A DNA stretch of 64,000 bases, from assembly GCA_001949185.1 (NCBI GenBank), contig BDGG01000001.1:4391624-4455623 (forward strand), read 5' to 3'. Shown here in pieces: positions 12,698 to 26,200 of the stretch (positions are counted from its first letter, which is position 1; every line of letters begins with the position of its first letter). The stretch is from Ramazzottius varieornatus (lineage: Eukaryota; Animalia; Tardigrada). Below the pieces are notes generated by a model. That model ran no database searches, was not told where the DNA came from, and saw nothing but the letters and a program-made list of their open reading frames with translations. The position numbers and the translations under genes are program-made.

Positions 12698-13579
12698 AAC
12701 GGGTTAATCTTGTGGCGTCGGTTTTCGATCTGGTTGACAAAGGCGGAATCAAGGTAGGACCGTATCTTGGTATGCACAAGGGCATGATACCTCTCCAAGA
12801 GTCGTCTGGAGTGTACGTCAAAAAGGGAATACCCACAAGGTTAAAGTTGGTGTTACAGGTGTAACGAGCCATTAGTGGGAGAAAAGTGTTGGGTTGCGAG
12901 ATGGGGTCGGGCAGGATTGCAGTATCGTTCTGACTTGACGGTCAGCTGAACCCCGGAAAGAACCCCAAAGCTGAATGCTGAAGGACAAAAGATTTGTTCA
13001 GCATTGCTATCGTGATTCATTGTTGATTTGGACAGGCAATGTTATCTGAGCATTGCCACGAGTAGGATTTGCAGAATGGTCAGAATGTATTCCGAGTGAG
13101 TTTATCGTTTGATTCTCGCTTATGGTTGATTGTTACAGCATTCACGCATTTAGCATTGCCTTCACAGTCCTGTTCGTGGTTTTAAGCGGCGGAAATTTGA
13201 TTTGGTAGCCACAAGCCTGTCAACAGTAATAATTTATGAAAATCTGGGAAATACTTCGGACAGAGTGCAGGACGATCTGAAAAACTAAGGCCACAAAATG
13301 CCAACAGCACAGGGCCAGAAAAGGCGAGACAAAATTAAGGAGATAACAATTACCAACAACAAAAGCTCCAGAAAAGGAGCGAATAAGATTACAATAAAAA
13401 AACAACTGGTAATCGGCCACCGAGACCGCAAAGACGGTTCAAATTATTTAAACTGAGGAAACTGCAAAGGTAACGAGGAATCTTGATTCAAGAGCCCAAG
13501 TGGTAACAGGTTCAAAAGAGGTAAGACATTTCAAACAGGAGAAAACATATTTGGCTGAATTCCAGCTTGGTTGTTTGGT

Positions 13580-14440
13580 TCAATCAGTACTGGTTTCCGG
13601 TTCAGGATTTCTCAAACTTATTTTTAAGTACCATTCCTTGTCTTTCCACGCTGCTTTCTTGGAGTATGTCCGCACGAATGCTATGGCCTTTGCGCGACTG
13701 CTGCTCCTGCCTGCTTCTGCCTTGATGAAGAACTTCTTGGTTTTCTTCGTTGGTAGACCGAGATCGTCGTTTCCGCATTCTTCGCCTTCCAGGGGTGGGA
13801 CATCATCTTCGTCTAACGCCGTGGCTTCTGCTTCGAAGCAGTTCTCCAGGTGCTTGACGAGTAGATTCATTCGATCGTCGGGCAGTTGTGGGTAACCCGT
13901 CCTCTGCTGGCCGGTCATGAGGTTCGTCATGGCAGTATTGGCGTAGTTGACGACTTTCTTGGGAATAGTTCCCCGGTCCATGAGGAACTCGTTTCCCAGG
14001 AAAACTGGAAAACGAACATCAAGGTGAGAGATTGTAGGGCGTTCATTGTCCACCAGGAAGATAGAGGCCTTGGTGAAAGAGAATGGCCAGCAGATGGGAA
14101 GTGGGTCGAGTTGGCCTGACCGGAAGTGCCTGGCTGGTAGATATGAGCGTCACTCGAGTCTTTCACCAAGGCCTTTATCCTCCTGTCCCTTACTTTCAAC
14201 ATCGTGTCGATGAGTTGGGTTCAGTGTAGGTTGATCAGCTGGGATGACCAACTCGTCAACTGACTCTTCCAGAGGAATAACTTCCAGATCAGGCGTGATA
14301 CGCTGGCTTCGAACGCTCTCAGCATCTCGTAGTCCTTTCTCAGCCGCTCTCTTCAGCCTCTTCCTCACGGTATCTGGTTTCGGATCATCAACAACGGTGA
14401 ATCTTTTGGGTGTCATCTTCGCACAGATAATCTGAGGGAG
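13580..14440 (-). pseudogene. Interrupted ORF, possible BEN-like domain, probably TE-derived
   Basis: ORFs 14150-14473 and 13580-14053 are in the same frame, separated by one TGA. NLMTGQQRTGYPQLPDDRMNLLVKHLENCF resembles the BEN G...LD/P...I/L motif. Confidence 0.35.
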
Positions 14441-17400
14441 AAAAAGGAAGCAGCTTAAACAAAGGTAATTCACCTAATCAAGGATACAAACAGAAGTATC
14501 AATCAAACAAAAGCGTGCAACTTAGCCAATCAACCAGATAACAGCAAAGGACAATCAAACGAAGGCCAACTGACGGATACCTGACGTAAGCCGATACGTC
14601 ATGGTACATTGATACGTCATGGCGGTGGGGCGTGATTAAGAACCCAAGGCTGAATGCTGATTGGGTGCTTTAGTGGTGAATCTAGTGCCACCAGGCAAAC
14701 AAATCCTCCGTGATGACGTCGCATGTTTCACGTGACTGATAGCAATCACTAATCAAACCTTTTCAAATACTGAAACAAAAAATCCTGCAGGAATAGATGC
14801 TCAATCCCTGAGAAATGCTCAACCAACGTGAATCCTTTTTCACCTTGTGCTCAGCATTCCTCGGGGATTCTGAGCATTCATTTGGAGATTGCCGTCGACC
14901 ACATAACCCATGGGTTATCATCGCAGCATAACGGCTTCCCCAGCAGCATAACGGCTTCCTGGTTGGGCCTGACAAAATAAGTGTTAAGCCAAGGCACAAA
15001 TTTGATTCGCTGCGTCCAGCTGGTTCCGTTGACACCCATTCTCGAAAGCTTATTTTGTCGTACACTGTAGCATGAGGAGAGGCTGCCACCTTTCCTGCCT
15101 CATTACGATCGTCTATTCTGAACTTGCCCAATGTTGAATGGACCGCTGATAGCTAGTTCTATGCTACGACCGGTAAGTTAAATTTTTCTCATGGTCTGAG
15201 TGAACGTGTACATGTTAAGAAGTAATGCGTGAAGGGCTGCGCGTCTTTACGGACATCTTTGGAACTTTCGGGAAGACCGTCGCATGGCCTGGGCAGATCT
15301 CAATGGAGTGACCTAGGTTTACGTACTGCGCATCGGGCCTTCTCGCATGGTCAAGGATCATGTACGTTTCCGGTGATGTCGCACCTCAGCGCCCTACTGG
15401 ACCAAACCTCCACGGCTTTGGCCGAGTATAGTCAGACGGACGCTCGGCAGGTCTTGACCGACCTCGAGGACTACTACCTTCGCTTCTTCATCCCTTTTGT
15501 GGAAGAAGTGCGGAGTAAGATGTGTCCTGTGCAACAGGTGGCAACTGTCTTGGGAATATCAATACAAGAAGCTAGCAATCTTTTCCCGACTTCTTGTTCA
15601 CGTTCAAGAACAGATTCAGTTTTGGTTCGAGAGAATAATGTAGAGGAGTTGAGAACGGTGGTTAAGGTGACTAACGGACATTCGCTGGAAGGTGATGGCT
15701 TTTCTGTAACTAATGAACCTACGTGAAGAGAAACCTGGCCGCTTGACTTCCCAGTGTGAGTAAAGCCGTTGAAGGTCCACCGTTGACGGCTCGTAGATTT
15801 TCGTGTGGGCAGATGCCGCTTAGTAATAGCCTTAATTCGAACACGTGAAAGTTCTGGAACCTGAATTGGCGAGTGTCATTTCATGTTCGCTTTGTCTCCA
15901 CAAGCATCTTCTTTCGAGTTGCTTATCAACTCGACTATCACCAACACCAATGGCACCACATCAGCAGCGAGCACTTGATTGTCAAGTGTCAATAGTAATG
16001 CCACTGCCGGTGCCAATCTGACTTCTTCAAGCACCATCAGCAACAATACTGCTATTGTCAACGGTACCAGTAGCTCTACCAACAGTACCACCATCTCGAC
16101 AGCAGTCAAGCAAAAATACCACCGCATCAAACGTAACGACCGTGAAAAAAACAAACATTTGCATTTGCTTGTTTTGCTAAATTTGCTTTTTCTTCTTCAC
16201 GATTCCCGAATCACGGTTCTGTTCGTTAGTTCCTTAGAATCCTCACCCAAACTGCAACATCAGCCCTTTCCAGGCGAACGCATCCGGTTCCCTTCCAGGT
16301 CTGCACCACCGTTCTCCGAGCTGACAAGGATGGAGATTGGTGATCCACCGGAAAGTCCGGATCCGGAGACTTTCGCTGCGGCAGACCAGATCGACCAGAT
16401 GCGGGATGGATCCGAGAAGGCTGCTCACGCTGCGGACGAGATCGCGATGGACGACTACCACACCGTCGATGTCGAGACGACAGAGAGCTTCAATCTGCTG
16501 TTGCGCAGCCTGTAGTTGATAACGTGCTTGCCGAGCCTTCCACTACTTCCTGCGCGATGAAACCGGTCCTAGAAAACTTAATAGACTGACTGCGGGGCAT
16601 TCCCCGGGCGATCAAGGCTGAAATCATGATCAGGGTTTCGGTTTACAAACAGGAACCCTGATTCAACCCTGATTGGTTGAACCGAACACTGTCGACTTTT
16701 CGTTGACCATGCAGGGGTGGGCTGTGACTGATGACTCGAAAGCTATCAAGGATTTCGGCTTTTTTGCTGATTACCTGAAACGGCACCCGGTGCGAGGGGC
16801 TTTCGCGTTTTTCCAGCCTTGCGCACAGGGTGGGCTAGGGGTCTGACTTTACCTGGGATGTAATTCCGTAATTCCAGAATTTATTAAATTAAATAATCCA
16901 TTAACTAGTAAGTAGTATTTTTAAGCTTTTTAAAGATCATACTTTGGAGTCAGTACAGGCCGAAATCCAGCTGTTTGAGGAACCATGTCCTCGCGTAAAT
17001 CCCGGCCGAAAAAATTGGTTGGTGACAAGATAAGTGAGTACAAGGAGCTGGTCTCACAGTTCTGGAGCCTTATAACAATACCGATACACCGATGATCAAG
17101 AAGCAGAGCCAAACCTTCACTGCTGACGACGTTAAAAAGACAAACAGACTTTTTAAATTTTTACATTTTCTTCCTCAAAGACAAATGAAACGCTCTTTCT
17201 GATTGGCCGTAGGAAGACTAGTTTTAAAAAACTACTGCAAAGTTTCTGAAAGATTACACCGCTCATGAAACAGGCTGGGCAAGGCAGCCGTAACTTCATG
17301 GAAGTTTTACTTCTTCCCGTTCGGGTTTCAGAATTTACCAGGTCATAGGTTTTTTTCGTTTGGATTTGAAACGCACTGCACTCGAACCGCGGTCGAAGAA

Positions 17401-17707
17401 CAAAAATCTTCGCTAAAAGCTGTTTTACTCCGAACATTCACAGGTTGGGAAAAGAGCGATTTCACCGGCCGCGAGCCAATGTAATATGTTTGCCGGCAAA
17501 GACAGCTAGTAGTGTAACAGTACGATCTGCCTGGCTGGCGGTGACGAAATATTTTAGTTAGAGAACGCGTATGATGAGGCAAGCCAAAAAATGTAACATC
17601 ATGATTGAATTTGACGTGCAAAATCATGCTCGATCAACCGAACGGTACAGTAGCCCTTGCGTCATCATACAGGGCGCATTTCTGCGGTTTACCACATCGA
17701 TGAGTCG

Positions 17708-19421
17708 TCAAAGCTTTGCTGTAGTGGCGCCACCGCCTTGTAAATGTTTCAACAACATGTTGAGTGTTTCAGGGTCTATGTGGCTGAGAGGAATCGTTAT
17801 GGGTACTCCCAGGACGTTCGCTGTCAGGTTCGGCCCGGCTACCGAGAAGGAGAGGAGGCTGACTGGACCTTGCGGCAACGGATCATTGGCGAAGGGTCCG
17901 GCGAATGGTGGAATGGCTTGGCTTGACATCCGAGATGTCAGAGGTGTCGTTGTGGTGCTGAGCTCGTCGTATGCAATGTCGATCTCAGTGTTTGGGGTTC
18001 CCGTATTCGGGACTTGCGATGAAGTTCCGTCCATGGTGACTGTCCCTCCATCCAGAGCACTCTCCTCGCTGGGTCGGTTGTCGAAAATATAAGCGTCTGT
18101 GCTCGTAAATGGCAATGAGGATCTTGTTGTCCACTGAACATAGAATGCTTCGCCGTTAGCCGAATCGCGATGAACTGACGGGTTCGTTATGGCTCCATTG
18201 GTGGGCGTCGTGGTGGATGTCGTTGTCGGTGAGAATGACGGCGGGAAAAAGTCTGGAGAGAAGCTGGGTTGGTACATGTAACCTGTGGTGGGCAGAGTGG
18301 CAAGCAAGGTTGCACCGAGTGGGTCTTCCGGGTACACACTGTAGGGATTGGGAAATCCACTATCGGTTGGCAGTGAAGGATTTCGGGTAGATGAAGTATC
18401 TCTTGGCGCAGTTGGCTGATTCATCGGCCGAGCTGGTGCAAAGGCTGCTCTCGTGGTACCTCTGGCCGGAGAGCTTGTTCTTGGACTTGTTCGGGGAGTG
18501 GAAGTGGTTGGCCGAGGAGTTGTTACCGGGGAGCGGGTGGCAGAAGTGGCGGAAGTGGCGGAAGTGGCAGAAGTGGAAGGAGCGACGCGGATAGGGTTGG
18601 TGAGAACTAGGATTCTCGAAGTGGTAGAAGAATTCGGTGGGGAGGTCGTTAGCAGTTCGGGGGTGATTCCCACCCTCACAATGTCCAGTGGGGATAGAGT
18701 CGACATAGTGGAGGAGGTCACCGTCGTTTGTAAGGCTCGGACAGCGCTCTGGAACCCAGTATATACCATGTTTCCACGAGCGCTGTGCATCACGATCTCA
18801 CCTGTGGCTCGGTTGGGAGCTGTGTCAGCAACTGCGTATATCAAACGCTTTGTTGCATCCTGGAACAACGGAGATAATAAAAAAATTCCGAAAAATTTAC
18901 TACGAGAACATCTACCAACTTTACAGCTTGCCATCCGAGATTTGGTGAATACAGACTTCCATACATACGAGAAACGAGTAGTCGTTAGGATCCGGGGAGA
19001 TTAACTTCCGGGTTGTCCGTATCAATGTATGCGTTGCGTTCTGTCTTCCTCCAAGACGTTGCCAGTTTTGCGTCCGATCCAGAGTCAAGTTCACCGTCAG
19101 AGTGCTTGGATTCGCAATAATGTATCTGTCTTGGGCGTAGACTGTCAAGGACGCGGGATCGACCCAGGTGAAGACGACATCGGAAGAGTCCATGTGTCCA
19201 TCTGGCGAGAGACCGAAAGCAATCCAGCCGCGCGTCTGCGCCTCTAATTCCAGCACAAGATCTGTCAAGTTGACTCGCCACCGCATCACCAATATCGGTG
19301 AAGTTGGTGGACCCAAAAGAAGAACTTGGTTCGGAAGTTCTTGGCAAAACGTGTTCCGAATGGATATTCCCGCTATAGTGAAGAGAATTATTAAACACGG
19401 GCTCCAAATTACCGACGGCAT
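17708..19421 (-). CDS. Secreted DOMON-domain protein with long Ser/Thr/Pro-rich (mucin-like) tail; two exons (18969-19421, 17708-18859)
   Basis: Hydrophobic signal peptide. DOMON hallmarks MRWRV..LELEAQTRGWIAFGLSPDGHMDSSDVV..DRY..TRKL...D..D|..RLIYAV..MH.ARG. GT-AG intron at 18860-18968. Confidence 0.85.
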
Positions 19422-20242
19422 TTCACTGCCAGCGTCCAAACTGAGTCTTCTAACAAAAGATTTGCCTATACATCTGATGCAGCGGACTGGCAGGTTGGGA
19501 TAAATGGAGTTTCAGCACAATGTCATGCCGGGCAACTCAGCACGGGAAAAAGAATACTTGGAAAGCGCGTTATTGTTATTGTTACAAATAAACGGTGTAG
19601 TGTTTATCTTAGTTCGTCTGGACTGACTTTGCTTCTTTTCTTAACTATGCTGCCATTCTTTCGCAACGACCAAAACACATTACAGCCATTGAGAAGTTAC
19701 CGCTGTTTTCACGCCGTTTGCCAGCAAAGCGTAGGGGTAAAGACGGGCGTTTACATTATGCACGTTTTATCGCAATGGAGCGAGTCCGCATGCATGACGT
19801 CACAGAAAGTTCCAGATCACTTTTATACCCTTCCCACAAGCGATCATATTTCCAGTAAAATTTCGATGCAGTTGGACCACCTTAGATCGAAAATCTGTAT
19901 CACAAATATTGTGTACCAGGGGAGAAACAAGAGGTAGTAGACTACCAGAGTTAGTTAGACAGAGAGACCGACGTAGTTAGTGGCAATAAATAGAAATTGG
20001 AACGTGGTACAACCACTTACAAACGAGAAACCAGTCAACAAGGAGACCAATGGTACAAAAGAGCTGCTGTTGAATGCAGAGAGCCACCAAGTACAATCAA
20101 AGGACAGTGGGCAGTACGAGCCGGGAAGGATCTTCTACTCCCTCCAGACCCGCACGACTGGCTGCCATTCTGGCGAAAGACATGGAAAAGGGGTAAAATT
20201 ACTGTAGAAAGAGTACGTCGTACATCTCATAAAGGACTTTAT

Positions 20243-23200
20243 CTATCTCTTGATCGGAAGATTGTGAGAAGGCAACGAAGGAACGGGAATGGAGACGACC
20301 GTGGTGGTGGTCCCATCGGGCGACTGCAGACTGGGCGCCGATATCAGGATATTGTGATCCTTATCTTTGGACTTGAAGAAATTCATGAAGCTCATCTTGC
20401 TGTCGGTGGGAGGACCCATCAGAACCGGCACTTGGTTCTTGTGCGTGATGTGAATCGTACAGGGAGGCTGCATCCAGGGTTCGCCGTCTATCTGCATGGG
20501 AAATCTCTTCCTCGTTCTACAAAAAAAACACCAAATCCACATTTCAATAGGACAAGTTCGTCCAGACGAGTGCGTGTATGGACCGCAATGTTTCTTACCG
20601 AATTACAACAGAGGAACACTGGGCCAAACGCCGACCAGACGAGCGAAGACCAGCTCGCACCTGTCCAGCATGCATGGCACCTTCCATCCCAACCACTTCT
20701 ATAAGTTTATCACCGATGTCTGAAAAAAAACGCTGATGCGAAAGTCCATCGTCCGTTGGTTTCGGGAAGAGGTCCCTGCTAAATAACACTCTTTTACCTT
20801 GTATGGCAAAGTGAAGGTCCATAGAAGACAGACTGACAGACGAGCCTTGTTCCATCCAATCTTTCTGTTTCCTACTGGAGCCCGGCGACTTTACTCTCTT
20901 CTTGTGCGCTGCGCCTTCACCCCACAGGTTACATCCGCCGTAGATGGAAGGAATGTTCAACAAGGCGATGCCTTCTAAGGGAGGATACTTGTTGGCCAGA
21001 TCGAGCGAAACCCCATCACACTGCAAACCACAGTGAGTTAGTGAGTTCCCAGTCCAATATTTTGGAAGTAGAATCTATACCATAATATCAATTTCTTCGT
21101 GCAGGCGTTTACAGGTGGCGCTGAATGTCTCGGAAGTACCAAACTCGAAGTACCAAAGCTTATTCTTCATTCGACTATTAAACCTTTCCGGATGTTTTTC
21201 CCTCATGACGTGGAAGCGATGTGCGATTGAGGCATCCACCCCGATGGAGAAGTAGTTGTTGATGATATTGTAGGGAATGGGATCGCCGGGTTCGTCATCC
21301 GTTGACTCACTGGGTTCGCTGAATTCAATATGCCACCTGTCCATGGCCACCACTTGACTCTTCTCCAACTTCTTCAAAACTTTGTTGAGCGACTCGCCTT
21401 CATAGCCTCCACCCCACCGAAGACATCGAGCCAAGTCGTTACCTGCAGAGCGAACCATTGTTATTTACTTTTAGTTCTTTTCTATTTAACTGTAATTCTT
21501 ATTGTTTCATATTGTTTGGCAGCAGATATCTTGCCTGTTCCCAGAGGAAGGACGGCCACGGGCGGCTTGTAATTTAGATGAAGTTTGTCGATAGCATCGA
21601 GGACCCATCCCACCGTGCCATCCCCTCCACAAGTGAGGATGCGAAAGTTAGGCACGTCCTTGAAGAACTGGAGACCCGCGTTGGGGCCATTGCGACCCAG
21701 ATCGTACACCTGACGAGGATTCAGCAAATACTGAAATTTCCGCAGTATCCGTGCACCTTGCTTCCCACCGGATTTCCGATTGATGAAGACTAGCAATGGA
21801 TGCGAGCCGATCAACGGGGTAACTTGGAAAGAGGTGGGGACACCATTGGCGGCCTCCTCTGTTTGCGAGGCTACAACAGACGATCACGTTTCAGTTGATA
21901 CCTGATCAAATTTGCACTTGACTTCCACTCTTCCCGTTAAACCCACATCTCTTCTAGGAATTCGTTGCACTATTTGGTAAAGCAGAAAACCCTCTTTGGA
22001 TTCTAACAGTCATACGCGCCATCGAGCTGCACACATAGCTATATTGTGACATGTGAGTATACAGGTGCCTGAGAGCAGCCACCTACTTCCGCCGACCTGT
22101 TGTTTGACTTCGGACTCAATGAATTCCGCCTTTGAGGAGTGACTTCGACGTAAAACAAAGCCCGGAGGTAGATTCGAATTGATATGCGTTAGGTAGCGTT
22201 TTTGTGATTTACCTTCTGAGGCTTGAGAGGAGCCAGGTGAGACCATGCCATGTAAGGCAGATTCGGACTTGGCAAGTCCCATCTTCTTCTGAGGCATCAA
22301 CGGCATGGACCTCTGCCTTTCCAGCACCGACGGACACACTGCTGTCGGAGGAACAATGTGATCCCTCAACTCACCCAACGTACATTCAGGCTTGACTTGA
22401 GAGGCGCACTTGTTGTGCAAAGTGAGCTGGCACCACCGACAATGCAGTCCGGTGATCCCATTGTAGGTCTTGATGCTCTTCTTGCATCTCGAACACTTTG
22501 CGGGACAGTTGCCTTCGACCCAGTGATGCAGCATACTCTCGGCCTTCTTCTTGGACTTGACGTAGGTGGCTATGCAGTTGGCAGGTGCGCGGGCCGCGCA
22601 TCGTTCGTGGACGGTGTACTTGCAGAAGGAACAGGACAGACCTTGCTTACCGAAGCCCACCAGCATGTTTAGGCACAGGTTGCAGTATGCGGGCTTGTTG
22701 AAATGCTTCAATCTCCATACGTGAACACCGTCATCTTTGACATTCTGCAGCAACAAACAACCAGAATCATCATACAGAAAGTCCCAGCCGGAAACTGCGT
22801 CGAAGGACTCAGATTCCGTGGAGGAACGATCACCACAAAGATCCATCATAGATAGCGAGTACATTTTGCGATACGAAAGCTCAATTTTGAAAACTGAACC
22901 GGAAGTGTGAAGAAAGTGAAAAGCCGATGGCGGTATTTCACTAGACAGGAAGCCTCAAGATAAGAAAACTGTCACGACGACCATTGTTGAACAACAACTG
23001 GCGTCATGAACCGGACTTGACACTCTCACTTGTCGTCTGAACATAATTCGAGTCAATCAAAATAAATGGAAGCCTACTATACTAATTGCCACGCATAGTT
23101 TCCGTGGTTCACCGTAAACCATAAGAGTCCTGCCGGTATGGCCGGAATCCAGAAGAAAACTACCACTAGGCTCAGAACAACAACAATAATCGTTTGAAAA

Positions 23201-26200
23201 ACGAAGCTGGTAGTAAAAGAAAGAAAGAAGGAAAGAAAGAAGACCCACCGTGTCGAGACCCAGAAGCACCAAGAGCGGTATGGTCGTCAGTCCCCCACGT
23301 TTCCATTCGTCCAACGACACGCTACCATCACCATCATAGTCAATCTCCAGCATCATTTCCCTCAGAATCTAAAGAAGAGAACCGAGCCCATTCAACAAGC
23401 GCACACCAGAGTCTGTACACTATGAAACATGCGGTGAAGAAGGTGGAGTAAAAGCAGTCATTGCGAGGAAGCGTCGAAACAGCCTTCAAAGGTCTATGGA
23501 AAGTAAACACAGGTGACTAACCGGTCTTAGTTCGGTTACGTCCCACCCTAGGTATTCCGCCACGGTCATCATTTGGTTCACAATGCATTCGAGCTCGTGA
23601 GAGTCCAAGACACCGTTCCCGTCGCCATCGTACAGCCGGAACATGAATTCCAGCTTGTCTTCGGGCCGACCGCCTTCTAGCAGCGACAAGTAGCAGACGA
23701 TATCCTTCAGCGAGATCTACAAAAGCAAGTTAGCATGACTCGATGAGCAAGTAATTTTTCGATGACGTATTTGTAGGTGTTATTAGTATAACTGGACCAA
23801 TAGAGGTGTCAAGTTAGTGCGGTTAATCGAGATTTATCATGGCTGCTGTCAGCACTTCAAAGACACTGATTAAAAAAGCGGTCACCTTCTTGTAACTAAT
23901 ATTAGCCACCGATTTTGAGCGCGAAATGAAAAAGTATCGCACTCGGAAGTAGCTGTTTATTGAACGGGCTTCTGTCAATATCCTGTTAGGGTCGCGTCAG
24001 CAAATAGGAAACCTTTTGTGTTCACAAAGTATTCTCATTCACCTTCCGATGACCGAACAAACTCTTCCGCTCACGCCATATCCAAACGTAGGCTAATCGG
24101 CTTACCTCATCAAAAACCGCTTTCAGAAATTTTGTAGATTTTTTGTGATGTCGCATCTCATACGTGAGTTCGGCAAAAATAGCCGACCGCCGGACAGGAT
24201 AGTTTTCCCAAACGGCGCACGTCTTCCGTGTTGTTGGCTGAAGCATGCGCCACTTCGGAAAATTATCTAGTCGAACTTTTCTTAATTGTGTGCCTAGGAC
24301 CTGGGTCCCATATTTCAAATGTCTTTCAATTAATTGTGTTCGCCGTCTTTTCAGGTTGGTTTGAGTTGTCATCACTTACCCGAACAGTGTTGATGTCGAT
24401 AGATTGAGCAAAGCTGGAAATTGACAGGCGGCTGCCTTGCGAGTGTGACTTGAAGAGAAGTCCCGTAATAGACTGTCGAACTTGACTCAGTCGCGGGTGA
24501 TCAAGACGATCAATGTCAAGGCCTACAAAATTTAATAGCTTTATTAGAAAGTGTCAGACAAAGCGGATACGATTTTAAAGACAAACTGATAAAAGGAGAG
24601 TGCTTACTGCCTTGGCGAAAGTTTCCCTCAGCAGACAGCGTCACGGTCTTTTTGAGCAACGGATGGACTAGTTTCCGGGTAGGACTCGGTAAAGACTTCT
24701 CGCTAGGTGGCGTGTCGAAGCTATCGGCTTGCGTGATCGTAACTGCGGGATGGTTGCTCGAGCCCTGACTGCCGGCACGCGTTCGGTTCCCTTCGGAACT
24801 CTGCAAGGATCCACGGTGAACTTTGGTCTGGATTCGCTCGGCAAAATTGTGCACTCGTTCCGAGAAAGCGAGCCATTTTCCATCGCCAGTCCCTTCAAGA
24901 ACGCACTGTTAATATTGAACGACCGTGCCAATATCATTAAGAGATAGGCAAACCGCGAGTGGTAATCTTCATAAACCGGAATACACGAACCCTATTGTAA
25001 GTGCAGAGCACATCGTATGCAGGTGGGTGAAAGCCTGAAGCTCGTTACAAACAAACAAGGCTTGCTTTCGATCAACATCCGATCGGCGAAACAAGCACGA
25101 TTATCTTATCCTTAGATAAAGGTTGATGATTACCTGGATTGGGAGAGCGATCGAAGGAGTTCAGGCTCGAGTGGAGATCAATATTGACGGAACCCTGGGA
25201 AGGTCTGTGGTTCTGCGCTGCGGAGTTCGGTATCCACACCAAGTCCTTGTGAACGAGGTTGTGGTCGGCGGAACTGATGGACTGGGACTTCGGTTTTGAG
25301 AAGGGAAAGGTGTAGGAAGTGGGCGCAGAAGAAGGCTGGGGAGGCAAGTTCGGCCGCCGGACAAACGACAGGAACAAATGGCGGCAGAGTTCTTCGGGTA
25401 CTTCCACGTCCAAATATGTCTGCATGAACAGCTGGAACCCTTCATAATCGATCGTCTGTCAAACAAAGTCACAAAATTATTTTTAGACGCCGTAAGTTGA
25501 AAAACACGTTTTCCACACCGGCCGAAGAAAACGAAGTATTCGATTCAAGATTCGGGTTTTTATTATGACAACACTACGTTTGAAGGAAAGAGACTAACTC
25601 GGCCACATCAAAAACCCTCAGCTGCACTGGCGATATCCCAGGGTGGCCGACTCACCCTCCTCGCGCAGCTAACATGGTTCTGCAGATTATATTTGATTCT
25701 TAATCGAATAATTAGATGTTATCATATTATCATTTGAAAAAGTTGAGACATGCAGGGCGCGATGGAAAAACTTGAATTAAAAATTCCAAGAGAAGAAACG
25801 GACAGCCACAGACCGAAAGAAGGTAACTTGCACATACGGTGTGGGTCAGGCCATCTAGCATATCCCGACTCGGATAATGAGACTGTGCGACCTCATGTTC
25901 GAGGGTTTGCCAGTCGAGACCAATATCCTGGGTTTCATCGATGTTAGAAAGAGAAGCTTTTGCCACAGAGCCACCGCCAGCCTTAAGATTGAACTTTGAC
26001 GTAGCAGCATCAGCTCTCGTGACTTCATCACCGTCGTACTACGGACAAAAAGCGAAAGACACCCAAGTTGCATTCGGCATTCAGTAAACCATCGACAGGG
26101 GATGCACGTTACATTAGCGGAAACAGCAAGCCAGTGCATGGAGAAATCATCAAGAGACGATTGTGTCGCACAGAAAGGCGCCTCACGCAGGCCAAGGAAA

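Noticed and set aside
17708-17719. C-terminal AKL as a peroxisomal PTS1 signal
   Set aside because: The protein has an N-terminal signal peptide and a mucin-like region, so the match is probably chance.
19997-20704. 235-aa plus-strand ORF
   Set aside because: It is antisense to the DGK last exons and 3' UTR and has no recognisable motifs.
23395-23440. Possible extra palindrome copy (AAGCGCAC-24nt-ATGCGG)
   Set aside because: Arms and core are too degenerate to count.
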